Shown: positions 1-8,932 of the stretch, piece after piece | Position numbering within the stretch: the first letter of the stretch is position 1 | Layout: every line of letters begins with the position of its first letter | Assembly (NCBI GenBank): GCA_016784125.1 | Contig: JADHVI010000004.1 | Span: 1-55,559 of the forward strand | Direction: 5' to 3' | DNA from: Candidatus Woesearchaeota archaeon | GTDB lineage: Archaea > Nanobdellota > Nanobdellia > Woesearchaeales > GCA-2686295 | DNA: 55,559 nucleotides | Position numbers and translations under genes: made by a program | Notes under the pieces: generated by a model | Databases searched by the model: none | What the model saw: only the letters and a program-made list of their open reading frames with translations | What the model was told of the DNA's origin: nothing

Positions 1-478
1 AGTATACCCATTCTAATTCCTCTTGAATTTCTTTAGTTCCGCAATCAATAACATGATTATTTGTATATAATTTATTATTCATCAAAAAACCGCTCCCTGT
101 CCAAACTACACTATCTTCAATATGTTTTTTTGTATTAAGTTCTTTTATTTCAATGTTTAAGTCATCGTAATATGTATCGTAATTATAGTTTACATCAAAT
201 GCAGGGTATGAAATTTTTAAATCACACTCTGTCTCAATAATATACATACTATCTTTCGAGTCCTCATAAATTTCGCTGGCGGATAAAGATACAACCTCAA
301 TATTATTATTTCCAGATGGATTAGACTCTGGTTTATTTTCTTGTATAGTTAAAGTAGAATCTTCGTTTTGGATGGTATTTTTTTGAAAATCAACAGTCAA
401 AAATATTATTCCTACAATAACTGCTAAAACTGCGATAGTAATTCCAACAATAGCAATGATTGAAAATGTGTTTCTCAT
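1..478 (-). CDS. Membrane-anchored trypsin-like (HtrA/S1C-type) serine protease, N-terminal part; gene runs off the window edge
   Basis: Not in the ORF track (edge-truncated). Reverse complement from ATG 478-476 reads MRNTFSIIAIVGITIAVLAVIVGIIFL (TM helix), later VVWTGSGFLMNNKLYTNNHVIDCG, which matches the GSGF...TN-HV catalytic-His region of S1C proteases. Confidence 0.5.
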   Translation of the reverse strand, partial: MRNTFSIIAIVGITIAVLAVIVGIIFLTVDFQKNTIQNEDSTLTIQENKPESNPSGNNNIEVVSLSASEIYEDSKDSMYIIETECDLKISYPAFDVNYNYDTYYDDLNIEIKELNTKKHIEDSVVWTGSGFLMNNKLYTNNHVIDCGTKEIQEELEWVY

Positions 479-502
479 TATACAATTCATTTATATGCTT
501 TG

Positions 503-520
503 ATATATAAAGTTTTCTCG
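503..520 (-). promoter_or_regulatory. BRE/TATA promoter for the protease gene (leaderless)
   Basis: Minus strand reads CGAGAAAACTTTATATATCA; the TATA ends about 25 nt before ATG at 478; matches the promoter consensus seen elsewhere in the window. Confidence 0.45.
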
Positions 521-720
521 CCCCTTCACCAAATATTAATTTCTTTTACGAAGTAAAAGTCAATATGTGCGTAGCACCGCCCCCAACTCTTTTTTGTTTC
601 TAAAGTGAAAATTCGATTGAGTTTAACATGTATTATGTGATGTGAAATTTCATATAATACGAAAATGCTTCGGTTTTTTTGAGGGATTTTTTATTAAGAT
701 CTGTAGTTTTAGAGCTTCTT

Positions 721-1485
721 ATGGTTGATTTAGCGAATATCAAAATAAAAGAAAAAGAGATGTTAATGAAGGGTTTTTCTAGGAAGACTATTAAGGCTTA
801 TACATATCATTACATTAAATTTATTGAGTCTGGTTTGTCAAGGGATGATTTTGTTTTTTCTTTGATTAAGAAGGGTTTTGCTACTAATTCTATAAGGCTT
901 GCTAGTGCCGCAATTAAGTTTTTTACTGGAGATAATGCTAAAGTTTTTATTCCTAAGAAGAAAAAGAAATTACCTGTTGTTCTGTCTAAGTTTGAGATTA
1001 GTAAAATGATTAGTGCTCTTGATAATGTTAAACATCGTCTTGTTATTTCTTTGCTTTATTCTGCTGGTCTTAGAGTTTCTGAGCTTATTAACTTGAAGAA
1101 TTCAGATATTAATTTATTTGATAATACCATTCACATTAAAGATGCTAAAGGTGGAAAAGACAGACTTACTATTCTTTCAAAGAAAGTAAAAAGTGTGTTG
1201 AAGAATTATCAAACAGGAAATAAATATGTTTTTGAATCAGGAAACAAAAAATATTCTCAAAGGTCTATTTCAGAAATAATATCTAAAGCTGCAATTAAAT
1301 CAAAATTGAACAAGAATGTAACACCTCATAGTCTAAGACATAGCTTTGCAACGCATTTATTAGAAAATGGAACTGATATAAGATATATCCAAAAGCTCTT
1401 GGGTCATTCAAGATTGGAAACAACCGCAATTTATACCTACGTTGCTAAAAATAATTGTCTTAAGATAAAAAGTCCTTTGGATTAA
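721..1485 (+). CDS. Tyrosine recombinase, Xer-like (XerA/XerC/XerD family)
   Basis: ORF track 679-1485 begins at TTG; first ATG is 721. LYSAGLRVSELINL (catalytic Arg region) and HSLRHSFATHLLENGTDIRYIQKLLGHSRLETTAIYTY (HxxR...Y) are classic tyrosine-recombinase motifs. Confidence 0.85.
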   Translation: MVDLANIKIKEKEMLMKGFSRKTIKAYTYHYIKFIESGLSRDDFVFSLIKKGFATNSIRLASAAIKFFTGDNAKVFIPKKKKKLPVVLSKFEISKMISALDNVKHRLVISLLYSAGLRVSELINLKNSDINLFDNTIHIKDAKGGKDRLTILSKKVKSVLKNYQTGNKYVFESGNKKYSQRSISEIISKAAIKSKLNKNVTPHSLRHSFATHLLENGTDIRYIQKLLGHSRLETTAIYTYVAKNNCLKIKSPLD

Positions 1486-1525
1486 ATATCAAACTATAAA
1501 AACCCCTTTTATTTCTACTTTTTTT

Positions 1526-2758
1526 ATGAAACCTGAATTATTAGCGCCAGTTGGAGATTTTAGTATGTTACAAGCTGCTATGAATGCAGGGGCTGACGCT
1601 GTTTACTTTGGACTGAAAGTTTTGAATATGCGTTCCATGGGGAGCTCAAACTTTTCCTTTGAGGAACTACCAAAACTAGTTTCACTTTGTCATGAGAATA
1701 AAATTAGGGCTTACATGACTTTAAACACGATTATTTATCCTGGCGAAGAATCATTGGTTGATGAAGCGCTTGCTAAAGCTAAACAAGCAAGGGTTGATGC
1801 AATTATTGCTTGGGATTTAATGGTATTGCAAAAAGCAATAAAGCTTGGTTTGGAAGTTCATCTTTCTACTCAAGCCTCTGTTGCCAACTTTGAAGCTTTA
1901 AAATTCTATCATAATATTGGTGTGAAGAGGTTTGTATTAGCTAGAGAATTAGATCTTGATCAGATTAAAAATATTAAGAAACAAATTATGGATGATAAAT
2001 TGGATGCAAAGATAGAGACTTTTATCCATGGTGCCATGTGTATAGCTGTTTCAGGTCGGTGCTTCATGTCTCAAATTGCTGCTTGCAAATCTGCTAATCG
2101 CGGTGAATGCATACAAGTTTGTAGACGAAAGTATAAAATTACCGATGTTGAAGAAGGCACTGAGTTAGAACTTGAAAATCAATATGTAATGTCACCTAAA
2201 GACCTTTGCACTATGCCAATAATTGACAAAATTATTGACGCTGGAATAGATGTTTTCAAGATTGAAGGCAGGGCTCGCGCTCCAGAATATGTGAAAGTCG
2301 TTGTGGAATGCTACCGACAAGCTATTGATGCTCATAAAAAAGGAGAATTGTCTGAAGCTTTGAAGAAAGAATTTATCTCTAAAATGGAGAAAGTCTATAA
2401 TCGAGGCTTTGAAACAGGCTTCTACCAGGGCAAACCAATGGATGCTTGGGCAGGAACTTATGGGTCAAAAGCAACAACCAGAAAAGTATATCTTGGAACT
2501 CTGTCAAACTATTACAATAAAACAGGTGTTGCAGAAGTAAAAATTGAGTCAGAGTACATTGAAAAAGGGGATAAATATTATGTGATTGGGCCAACAACAG
2601 GTGTTATTGAGAATGAGATGCCAGATATTATGGTGGATGATAACATCGCTAATAATGCAAAGAAAGGTCAGATTATAACCTTCAAAGCTCCTAAATGCAG
2701 GGCAGGCGATAAATTCTATAAAATTGTGAAAACAACTGATGATTTAGTGCAGAAATAG
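1526..2758 (+). CDS. Peptidase U32 family protein
   Basis: N-terminus MKPELLAPVGDFSMLQAAMNAGADAVYFG and ETFIHGAMCIAVSGRC are typical of the U32 family; 410 aa; TATA-like AAACTATAAAAA about 22 nt upstream. Confidence 0.8.
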   Translation: MKPELLAPVGDFSMLQAAMNAGADAVYFGLKVLNMRSMGSSNFSFEELPKLVSLCHENKIRAYMTLNTIIYPGEESLVDEALAKAKQARVDAIIAWDLMVLQKAIKLGLEVHLSTQASVANFEALKFYHNIGVKRFVLARELDLDQIKNIKKQIMDDKLDAKIETFIHGAMCIAVSGRCFMSQIAACKSANRGECIQVCRRKYKITDVEEGTELELENQYVMSPKDLCTMPIIDKIIDAGIDVFKIEGRARAPEYVKVVVECYRQAIDAHKKGELSEALKKEFISKMEKVYNRGFETGFYQGKPMDAWAGTYGSKATTRKVYLGTLSNYYNKTGVAEVKIESEYIEKGDKYYVIGPTTGVIENEMPDIMVDDNIANNAKKGQIITFKAPKCRAGDKFYKIVKTTDDLVQK

Positions 2759-3508
2759 TTATTTCCAGGTCTCAAGCACTTCTTCTTCAACAAAGTGAAG
2801 TTTACCAGGAATAATAATGCAGTGTAGTGGTTCTCCGAAATCTTCTTTTTCTAATTCAGAAGCTGTGCCATACTTTATTTTGTAATCACCGCCAATCCTT
2901 GCACAACCAACGATTTTTACGTCTTTTGTGAACACTTTTTCTTTTCTTTTATGTTCAATCTCTAGAAGTATCTTGATAGCTTCGTTCACAGTCATGTTCC
3001 TGTCTGGTTTTATGTCTAGAAGTACTAATGTGTGCAATCCTGCTTCTTGGTTGCTTTTTATGACATCATAAGCTGTTTCTGGCTTGAAATTATCCTCTGG
3101 ATAGGGTAATGAGGTTGTCTTGCCGAATTTGTACAATTCAAGGCCTACGATGCCTATGGAGTTGAGTATTGAAGCATTATTAATGATATTAACTTTGATT
3201 TTTTTCTCTTTTGCTCTTAAGAACAAATCTGTATGGGTTGTAGCACCAAAAACATCTCCAACAACAAGAAAAGCAACTTCATTTTCAACTGCTTTGTCAA
3301 GTATTATATCAGCTTTCTTTTCAACCATATTTCTGTCTGCTAGAACAATCTTTTTTCCATAGAAAGATTGTAATTTTTCAACAGGTACTTGTAATTTAGA
3401 GGTATAATTTTCCAAAAAAACATAGCTTGCTTTCTTCACAGCCTCTAATCCTTTCAAGGTTATATCTTTTTCGTCGTTCAACCCAATACCTATCATGTAT
3501 AGTGTCAT
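2759..3508 (-). CDS. dph5: Diphthine synthase
   Basis: MTLYMIGIGLNDEKDITLKGLEAVKKASYVFLENYTS and later GDVFGATTH; tetrapyrrole-methylase fold with the length and motifs of archaeal Dph5. Confidence 0.85.
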   Translation of the reverse strand: MTLYMIGIGLNDEKDITLKGLEAVKKASYVFLENYTSKLQVPVEKLQSFYGKKIVLADRNMVEKKADIILDKAVENEVAFLVVGDVFGATTHTDLFLRAKEKKIKVNIINNASILNSIGIVGLELYKFGKTTSLPYPEDNFKPETAYDVIKSNQEAGLHTLVLLDIKPDRNMTVNEAIKILLEIEHKRKEKVFTKDVKIVGCARIGGDYKIKYGTASELEKEDFGEPLHCIIIPGKLHFVEEEVLETWK

Positions 3509-3540
3509 ATTTAAAATAGAACTAAGGTTTATTTAAAAAA

Positions 3541-4425
3541 TTATTTACTTCCTTGCATAATCAACAAATCTTCAGTTGTCAGCTTTTGTTTCTTTTTGAT
3601 TTTTAGCTCGACGTCCTTCGCTTTTTCTTTTAAGGTTTTCTGTTTTTTCTCTTCTTCTAACTCATGAATTTCAACGTCATGTTTTTTCAAGTTTTCTTTA
3701 ATTTGGTTTAACTCTTCAAACTTCTTTTTTAATACTTCGTTAATTTCCTGATAAGCATCTTTTCCTTCCATAAATTTATCGTGAGCTTCTTTCTCTTTGT
3801 TTTTTAATAAGTCAATCTCTTTGGAGTTCTCAATCATCTGTTCATGAAATTCCTGACTAGAATCTGCTTGATGTTTGATATCCTTGTGAATCTTATTAGC
3901 ATCTTTTTTAAGAATTCTAATTTCTTTGAGTTTTTCTTTAATGATGTCCCATTCTTTATTGACGTCCTTGATTTCATTATAGAGTTTTTTTAATCTTTTT
4001 AGTTCCTTCATGATCTTCTGTTCTTTGTCAAAGCTCACAGGTTCTGTTTCCATTTTTAGCTCTAAGGCATCGATTTGTCTCTGGATATCCCCTGGTCTTT
4101 CTCTAGAATCATGTTTATTAGTTTGTCCTTGGGATTTTGTCTTCAGTTCATTGATTGCTTTGAGCTCTTCTGCAATCTTCTTATTCAATGCATCTCTTTT
4201 TTTCTTAGAATCCTTTACTTCAGAAGTCAAATTGTTACGATTTTTCTTAGAACCTTGAACACCAGAAATTTTATCTTTAATCTCTGTACTAATTGCTGTC
4301 TTTTTCCTAAACCAAGACTCTTTATCAGAATTAACCTTGTTAAGTTGTGCCTTTACACGGTTAACTTCCTCTTTTACCCTTCTCAGGTCGTCTAGTAATT
4401 TCCTTTTTTCAGCTTCCTTTAACAT
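3541..4425 (-). CDS. K/E-rich coiled-coil protein, function unknown (resembles the conserved archaeal coiled-coil protein often found next to stalk genes)
   Basis: 294 aa, almost entirely heptad-like K/E/L/N sequence; strong coding asymmetry compared with the antisense ORFs. Confidence 0.6.
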   Translation of the reverse strand: MLKEAEKRKLLDDLRRVKEEVNRVKAQLNKVNSDKESWFRKKTAISTEIKDKISGVQGSKKNRNNLTSEVKDSKKKRDALNKKIAEELKAINELKTKSQGQTNKHDSRERPGDIQRQIDALELKMETEPVSFDKEQKIMKELKRLKKLYNEIKDVNKEWDIIKEKLKEIRILKKDANKIHKDIKHQADSSQEFHEQMIENSKEIDLLKNKEKEAHDKFMEGKDAYQEINEVLKKKFEELNQIKENLKKHDVEIHELEEEKKQKTLKEKAKDVELKIKKKQKLTTEDLLIMQGSK

Positions 4426-4514
4426 GGTTTATCACTTAAAAAAATATAATAAATTAAAAAAATTATAGAAATCAACATTGATTTCTACATATCAAAATCA
4501 AAGATTTTTGAGCA

Positions 4515-4814
4515 TTAACCGAATAAAGCTCCTAGTCCGGCTGCTACTTGTTCATCGTTTTTAGGCTCTTCTTTTTTCTCTTCTTCAGGTGCCTCTGCTG
4601 CTTCAGCTGGCGCTGTTGCTACTGCTGCAACTGGAGCGACGGCTGCACTCTTTATTGCCTCTTCGATATCAACATTTTCAAGAGCTGCCACTAATGCCTT
4701 TATTCGAGCAGCATCGGCTTTAACACCTGCTGCTTCGAGCACTTTTTTCATTGAAGTTTCATCAACTTTGTTTCCTGCTTTATGCAAGAGCATTGCTGCG
4801 TACACATATTCCAT
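4515..4814 (-). CDS. rpl12: Ribosomal stalk protein P1 (L12e)
   Basis: [19 protein letters not shown]..., Ala/Glu hinge, C-terminal AAGLGALFG tail; SD GGGAGGT upstream. Confidence 0.95.
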   Translation of the reverse strand: MEYVYAAMLLHKAGNKVDETSMKKVLEAAGVKADAARIKALVAALENVDIEEAIKSAAVAPVAAVATAPAEAAEAPEEEKKEEPKNDEQVAAGLGALFG

Positions 4815-4843
4815 TTTTTGTACCTCCCATAATAATACTTAAA

Positions 4844-5842
4844 TTATGAACTTTCCTCAGGTTTGGATTCTTCTTTTACTTCTTCCTTTGGAGCGTCTTC
4901 AGTAGACTTTTCATCTTTTTTCTCCTCAGTAGCTTCTGCTTCGCCACCTTTTGCAGGTGCCGGCTCAGCAGGTTTAACTTCTTCCTTTGGAACATCAACT
5001 TTTATATCTAATTTTGAATTTAATCCACTTGCTTGTCTCTCAGCTTTAGCCAAAACAAGACCTACAGTTTCATCAGTTAAGATGTCTGCTTCGATAGCCA
5101 ATGCTTTGCTTTCAGTAGCTGCTTTTTGTATTAGTAGAGTTATTGTATCTTTAGTAGGATAAGCTGCATTGATTGCAAGATTGAATGCCATTGAAGCTGC
5201 ATTCTGGAAATCTTTCTTGTAGGCTTCTTCATCAATGTCAAGAATGTCTTTTGTTAATATTTCTTTATTTTCATAAACAGCCACTAAGTCAAGACCAATC
5301 TCCATTGGTTCGATTCCAAGTCTTTGAAGCAAAACAGCGAGTTTTGGACTAACTTCATCTCCTTCTTTAGCTACAATGGAATCTTTTTTGATGGCTACTT
5401 TTCCATTTTCAACGCCTGAAATAATGCCAAACTCTCCTAATTCACCAATAACTGGGCCTGGAGAAAAGCTAGTCTTTCCTGCTGGAACAACTATGTCATT
5501 AGGAGCTGTTTGTCCACCACTAATTGGTGCTTTGGATTTGCTCTTCTTAAGAGTTGAAAATAATGAAAATGGGTTTTCATTTGTGAATATCATGGCTGGC
5601 ATGCCTTTCAAGTAACTTTCAAGTTGAGTTATGCCTTCCTTTTTGCTTTTACCTAAAGCAATCTTGATGAGTCTCTTCTTAGTCATTTTCAAGAAAACTT
5701 TTCTTTGAAGTTTTTCTCTCATCTTCTGAAGCTGCTTGGTTGGCAAATTCTTCATGTTAACAACACCAACTATATTATAGTCATCAATTAACTTGGTGAA
5801 TTCTTTCACGCTATCTTTTTTGTGTTGTGCTGCGACTGCCAT
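4844..5842 (-). CDS. rplP0: Ribosomal stalk protein P0 (uL10)
   Basis: 332 aa; sits between L1 and P1; N-terminal uL10 domain (KLIDDYNIVGVVNMKNLPTKQLQKMR) and a P0-specific extension. Confidence 0.9.
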   Translation of the reverse strand: MAVAAQHKKDSVKEFTKLIDDYNIVGVVNMKNLPTKQLQKMREKLQRKVFLKMTKKRLIKIALGKSKKEGITQLESYLKGMPAMIFTNENPFSLFSTLKKSKSKAPISGGQTAPNDIVVPAGKTSFSPGPVIGELGEFGIISGVENGKVAIKKDSIVAKEGDEVSPKLAVLLQRLGIEPMEIGLDLVAVYENKEILTKDILDIDEEAYKKDFQNAASMAFNLAINAAYPTKDTITLLIQKAATESKALAIEADILTDETVGLVLAKAERQASGLNSKLDIKVDVPKEEVKPAEPAPAKGGEAEATEEKKDEKSTEDAPKEEVKEESKPEESS

Positions 5843-5844
5843 TT

Positions 5845-6492
5845 TTAAACCTTGATTGCATTGCTCATTGTGAGCTTCATGAATATTTCTTTGAGATTAT
5901 TCTTTTCTTTAGGTAAATGATGAATTAACTGATCATAAACATACATAATATTTTCAGCCAAGTCTGCATTAGATTGATCTTCTTTACCAATCATTACGTG
6001 AATAACTGGTTCTTTCTTAGCTAAAATATGAACTGTTTTTTGTAATTTCTCGTATAAGGGTTTAATCTGAGGTTTTGCTGCTACAACTGCGCCTACTTTT
6101 GGATTTGGCATTTTTCCTCTAGGACCAAATGTTCTACCAAAAACAGCTGCTACTTGGCTCATTAAACTTCCTTGAGCGATAAAGAAATCATGTTTTCTAG
6201 CTAAAGCCTTTGCTTTGGCCTTATCTTTGAATTGATCGAATTGACTAGAAGTTATGGTTTCGTCGCACACTTTTTTACATTCATCGGCCAACTCAGGACC
6301 TACTAATGCGCATACACTCATTTTTTTATTCATGTGATGGTGTAATGTTATGAAGAAATCAGTTTGCTCATCAGGATTTTTTAAGTTAATATCTTTGAGA
6401 GTAAATATCAAGTCAATTGACTGAGAAAAGTTCCTCTTTTTGGATTCTTTCTTTAATTTTTCTAATGTTTGTATTACTTCTTTTTGATTCAT
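5845..6492 (-). CDS. rpl1: Ribosomal protein L1 (uL1)
   Basis: 215 aa with FGPRGKMPNPKVG motif; SD GGAGGG 5 nt before ATG; 2-nt gap to P0. Confidence 0.9.
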   Translation of the reverse strand: MNQKEVIQTLEKLKKESKKRNFSQSIDLIFTLKDINLKNPDEQTDFFITLHHHMNKKMSVCALVGPELADECKKVCDETITSSQFDQFKDKAKAKALARKHDFFIAQGSLMSQVAAVFGRTFGPRGKMPNPKVGAVVAAKPQIKPLYEKLQKTVHILAKKEPVIHVMIGKEDQSNADLAENIMYVYDQLIHHLPKEKNNLKEIFMKLTMSNAIKV

Positions 6493-6546
6493 TATTCCCT
6501 CCTACGTTAAGTAGTGTTTAACGGGTAATCTTCTGGAAAAGAGGTC

Positions 6547-6556
6547 TATTTATAAA
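6547..6556 (-). promoter_or_regulatory. TATA box of the rpl1-rplP0-rpl12 operon
   Basis: Minus strand TTTATAAATA about 55 nt upstream of the rpl1 ATG, followed by an SD-containing leader. Confidence 0.4.
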
Positions 6557-6772
6557 TATTATTGTTTGTGCATAAGCTTATAGTATAATCGCCAGAGCCC
6601 AGATTCAGAACAACGCAATTACGCGTTAAGAAAATAATGCTTCTTTTAGTCGTGATTTCGTCAGCATTGGGGTTGAGCGAAGTGAATGCCCCGATTCCGG
6701 AGCAGACAAAAAATTATAATTTTTGCTGCGCCAAAAACTTGTTTTTGAGCACTACTTACGGAAAACGTAGAA

Positions 6773-6855
6773 CGCCAAGGCCCGGATTTGAACCGGGAAT
6801 TCCCGAAGGAACAAGCTTTCCAAGCTTGCGGAGTACCAGATTGTCCCACCTTGGC
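6773..6855 (-). tRNA. tRNA-Ser (anticodon GGA), 83 nt, CCA not encoded
   Basis: Folded by hand. The 7-bp acceptor GCCAAGG/CCTTGGC is perfect. Anticodon stem is CAAGC/GCTTG with loop TT-GGA-AA. Long variable arm is TTCC-TTCG-GGAA (class II). T arm is CCCGG-TTCAAAT-CCGGG. Discriminator is G. Confidence 0.9.
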
Positions 6856-6882
6856 AAGGTGTTTCAAAGAACCTATAAACCG

Positions 6883-6891
6883 TTTATATAA
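6883..6891 (-). promoter_or_regulatory. TATA box for tRNA-Ser
   Basis: Minus strand TTATATAAA ends 28 nt upstream of the mature tRNA 5' end. Confidence 0.5.
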
Positions 6892-6972
6892 TTATCGTTG
6901 AGAATAAATTGTCCTTTCGTAGTAATAATAATTCCTAAGGTTTATAAACATCCTATTATTCCCGAATGGAAA

Positions 6973-7668
6973 ATGAATACAACGCCTACAGCGCACAAAT
7001 ATAATAACATTCTTTGGGTATCTGATATCCCAAGGTTTCTGGAAAGAGTCAAAGAACACGCAGCATTTGAAGATTCTGAAAAGATGGTTGCTTTAATGAA
7101 CCGAACTACTTTTGCTTTATCTTTTGAAGAAGCATTTAAAGCAATACAAAAACCAGTAAATGGTGGGTATGATCTTTGTATCATGAATGGGAGTCTTCCT
7201 ACACAAATTTTTTCTGAAAGTAAAAATCAAGTTAGAGAATACTTACAAAATGGTGCTGTAGGAGAACTGCCAAGGTTGCCTCGTGGTTGTATTGAATCAG
7301 GTAATGCAATGAGTTTTTATAGAAATATGTTATCGGGATCGGATACTCGAACGGTAATGTTATCATCTAATGTTTACAACCTTGTTGGAGGTCGTCCAGA
7401 AAATCTGCCTTTTTTTCATAAGCCATCAGTAACTAGAGATGATTTAATTCGTGTTATTGGTTTTGAGCAATCAGAAGGAGAATTTCATGGTCATGTAGAA
7501 TTATTGCCAGAAGAATTAGCCTTAATTGAGAGGACTCATCCTGGGGATCAATGTATAGTAAATGCTAATATTGAGTATAGAGCAATCGATGAGATTACAA
7601 AGGATATCTATGCTGGTAAGCGAGAAGTTGGTGGTCAGAAAGAGTTTATTGAGACTTATCTATTATAA
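6973..7668 (+). CDS. Hypothetical protein (231 aa), no recognisable family
   Basis: ORF track 6898-7668 begins at TTG. TATA TTTATAAA at 6941-6948 lies exactly 25 nt before ATG 6973 (MNTTPTAHK), which favours a leaderless start there. Confidence 0.6.
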   Translation: MNTTPTAHKYNNILWVSDIPRFLERVKEHAAFEDSEKMVALMNRTTFALSFEEAFKAIQKPVNGGYDLCIMNGSLPTQIFSESKNQVREYLQNGAVGELPRLPRGCIESGNAMSFYRNMLSGSDTRTVMLSSNVYNLVGGRPENLPFFHKPSVTRDDLIRVIGFEQSEGEFHGHVELLPEELALIERTHPGDQCIVNANIEYRAIDEITKDIYAGKREVGGQKEFIETYLL

Positions 7669-7738
7669 TTTTTTTTACTATTTTTTTAAATATTTAATTT
7701 CCAAAGCTTTTTAAAATTCTTTTCTTATCTTTTTCTCT

Positions 7739-8932
7739 ATGAGAAGAAAATCTGTTGCTGTTAGTGTAGGTAATGTTATTATTGGCGGTGATGCGCCTGT
7801 TCGTGTACAGTCAATGACTAATACTCTTACTGCTGATGTTAATTCAACTGTCAAACAAATTATTGAACTCGCTAATGCAGGCAGTGAACTTGTTCGTTTC
7901 ACTGTTAAAGATGAGGATGATGCGAAAGCAGTTCCAATTATTAAGAAGTGTTTAGAAGAAAAAAATTGTTCTGTTCCTATTGTAGGTGATTTTCATTATA
8001 ATGGTCATCTGCTACTATCAAAATACCCTGAATGTGCCAAAGCTTTAGATAAATACAGAATTAATCCGGGAAATGTTGGTTTTGGCAATGCGCATGATGA
8101 TAACTTCAAGCAAATGGTTGATATAGCCATAAAGTATGGTAAACCTGTAAGAATTGGTGTCAATGCTGGTTCGTTAGATCAATCTGTCTTGAAAAAATTG
8201 ATGGATGAAAATAAAGATCAAAAATCAGAAGAACTATTGGTTGAAGCGATGGTTATCTCTTCTTTGGAATCAGCTAAGAAGGCTGAGAGCTATGGTTTGA
8301 ACAAGAACAAGATTGTTCTGTCTGCTAAGGTTAGTAAGGTGCCAGAGATGATATCTGCATATCAGAAGCTAGCGAAAAGATCTGATTATGCATTACATTT
8401 AGGTTTAACAGAAGCAGGATTGGGAACTAAAGGAGTTGTTGCTTCATCAGCTGCTTTAAGTGTACTTTTACAACAAGGTATTGGTGATACTATTAGAGTT
8501 TCCATTACACCAAAGCCTGGTTCATCAAGAACTGAGGAAGTCTTTGTTTCTCAGCAAATCTTGCAAGTAAATAATATTAGGAAATTCATGCCCATGGTTA
8601 CTAGCTGTCCTGGTTGTGGTCGAACTACTTCGACTTTATTCCAGAAAATAGCAGAGGAAATAACAGATTACTTGCAGCAAAAGACTCCTGAATGGAAGGC
8701 TAAGGGTTATGAGAGTGTATCCAATATGGTCATAGCAGTTATGGGTTGCATCGTCAACGGTCCTGGAGAAAGCAAGGAAGTAAACATTGGATTAAGTTTA
8801 CCGGGGAATGGTGAATATCTTGTATCACCTGTTTTTATCGATGGAAAACTGGCTACCAAGCTTAAAGGTGAGAATAGAATTAAAGAATTCAAAGCTTTAA
8901 TCGATAAATACGTAGAAGACAATTATTCTTAG
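7739..8932 (+). CDS. ispG: 4-hydroxy-3-methylbut-2-enyl diphosphate synthase (IspG/GcpE), MEP pathway
   Basis: [20 protein letters not shown] near the N-terminus, then [10 protein letters not shown] and [13 protein letters not shown] (Fe-S cluster ligand regions); 397 aa. Confidence 0.85.
   Translation: MRRKSVAVSVGNVIIGGDAPVRVQSMTNTLTADVNSTVKQIIELANAGSELVRFTVKDEDDAKAVPIIKKCLEEKNCSVPIVGDFHYNGHLLLSKYPECAKALDKYRINPGNVGFGNAHDDNFKQMVDIAIKYGKPVRIGVNAGSLDQSVLKKLMDENKDQKSEELLVEAMVISSLESAKKAESYGLNKNKIVLSAKVSKVPEMISAYQKLAKRSDYALHLGLTEAGLGTKGVVASSAALSVLLQQGIGDTIRVSITPKPGSSRTEEVFVSQQILQVNNIRKFMPMVTSCPGCGRTTSTLFQKIAEEITDYLQQKTPEWKAKGYESVSNMVIAVMGCIVNGPGESKEVNIGLSLPGNGEYLVSPVFIDGKLATKLKGENRIKEFKALIDKYVEDNYS

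Noticed and set aside
640-655. Near-palindrome ATGTGAAATTTCATAT upstream of the Xer gene as a dif-like site
   Set aside because: It is a 16-bp AT-rich palindrome with one mismatch in a very AT-rich promoter region. It is much shorter than, and unlike, known 28-bp dif architecture, and is likely promoter or operator sequence or chance.
679-720. TTG/GTG-initiated N-terminal extensions proposed by the ORF track. Examples are Xer 679, hypothetical 6898, Spt4 24972, UMP kinase 26885, MazG 30774, S15 33295, Zn ribbon 39325, PHP-like 44122, acidic protein 45592 and galE 53009
   Set aside because: In each case an internal ATG sits at the right distance from a TATA box or SD. The extension either overlaps the neighbouring gene or encodes an implausible hydrophobic or junk peptide.
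721-6855. Xer-like tyrosine recombinase plus tRNA-Ser as the boundaries of an integrated mobile element
   Set aside because: The 5 kb between them holds core housekeeping genes (U32 peptidase, dph5, stalk operon). I saw no direct repeat of the tRNA 3' end and no phage or plasmid genes. A chromosomal Xer-type resolvase is the simpler reading.
6637-6891. ORF-track entries 6637-6891 (+, 84 aa) and 6661-6867 (-, 68 aa)
   Set aside because: Both run straight through a tRNA-Ser gene that folds perfectly (6773-6855) and its flanks. Their sequences have no protein-like features.
7739-8932. Reading IspG as a sign that the contig is bacterial or chimeric
   Set aside because: Both flanks are unmistakably archaeal, and composition and upstream-element style are uniform across the junctions. 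I kept it as a lateral-transfer or unusual-pathway finding instead.
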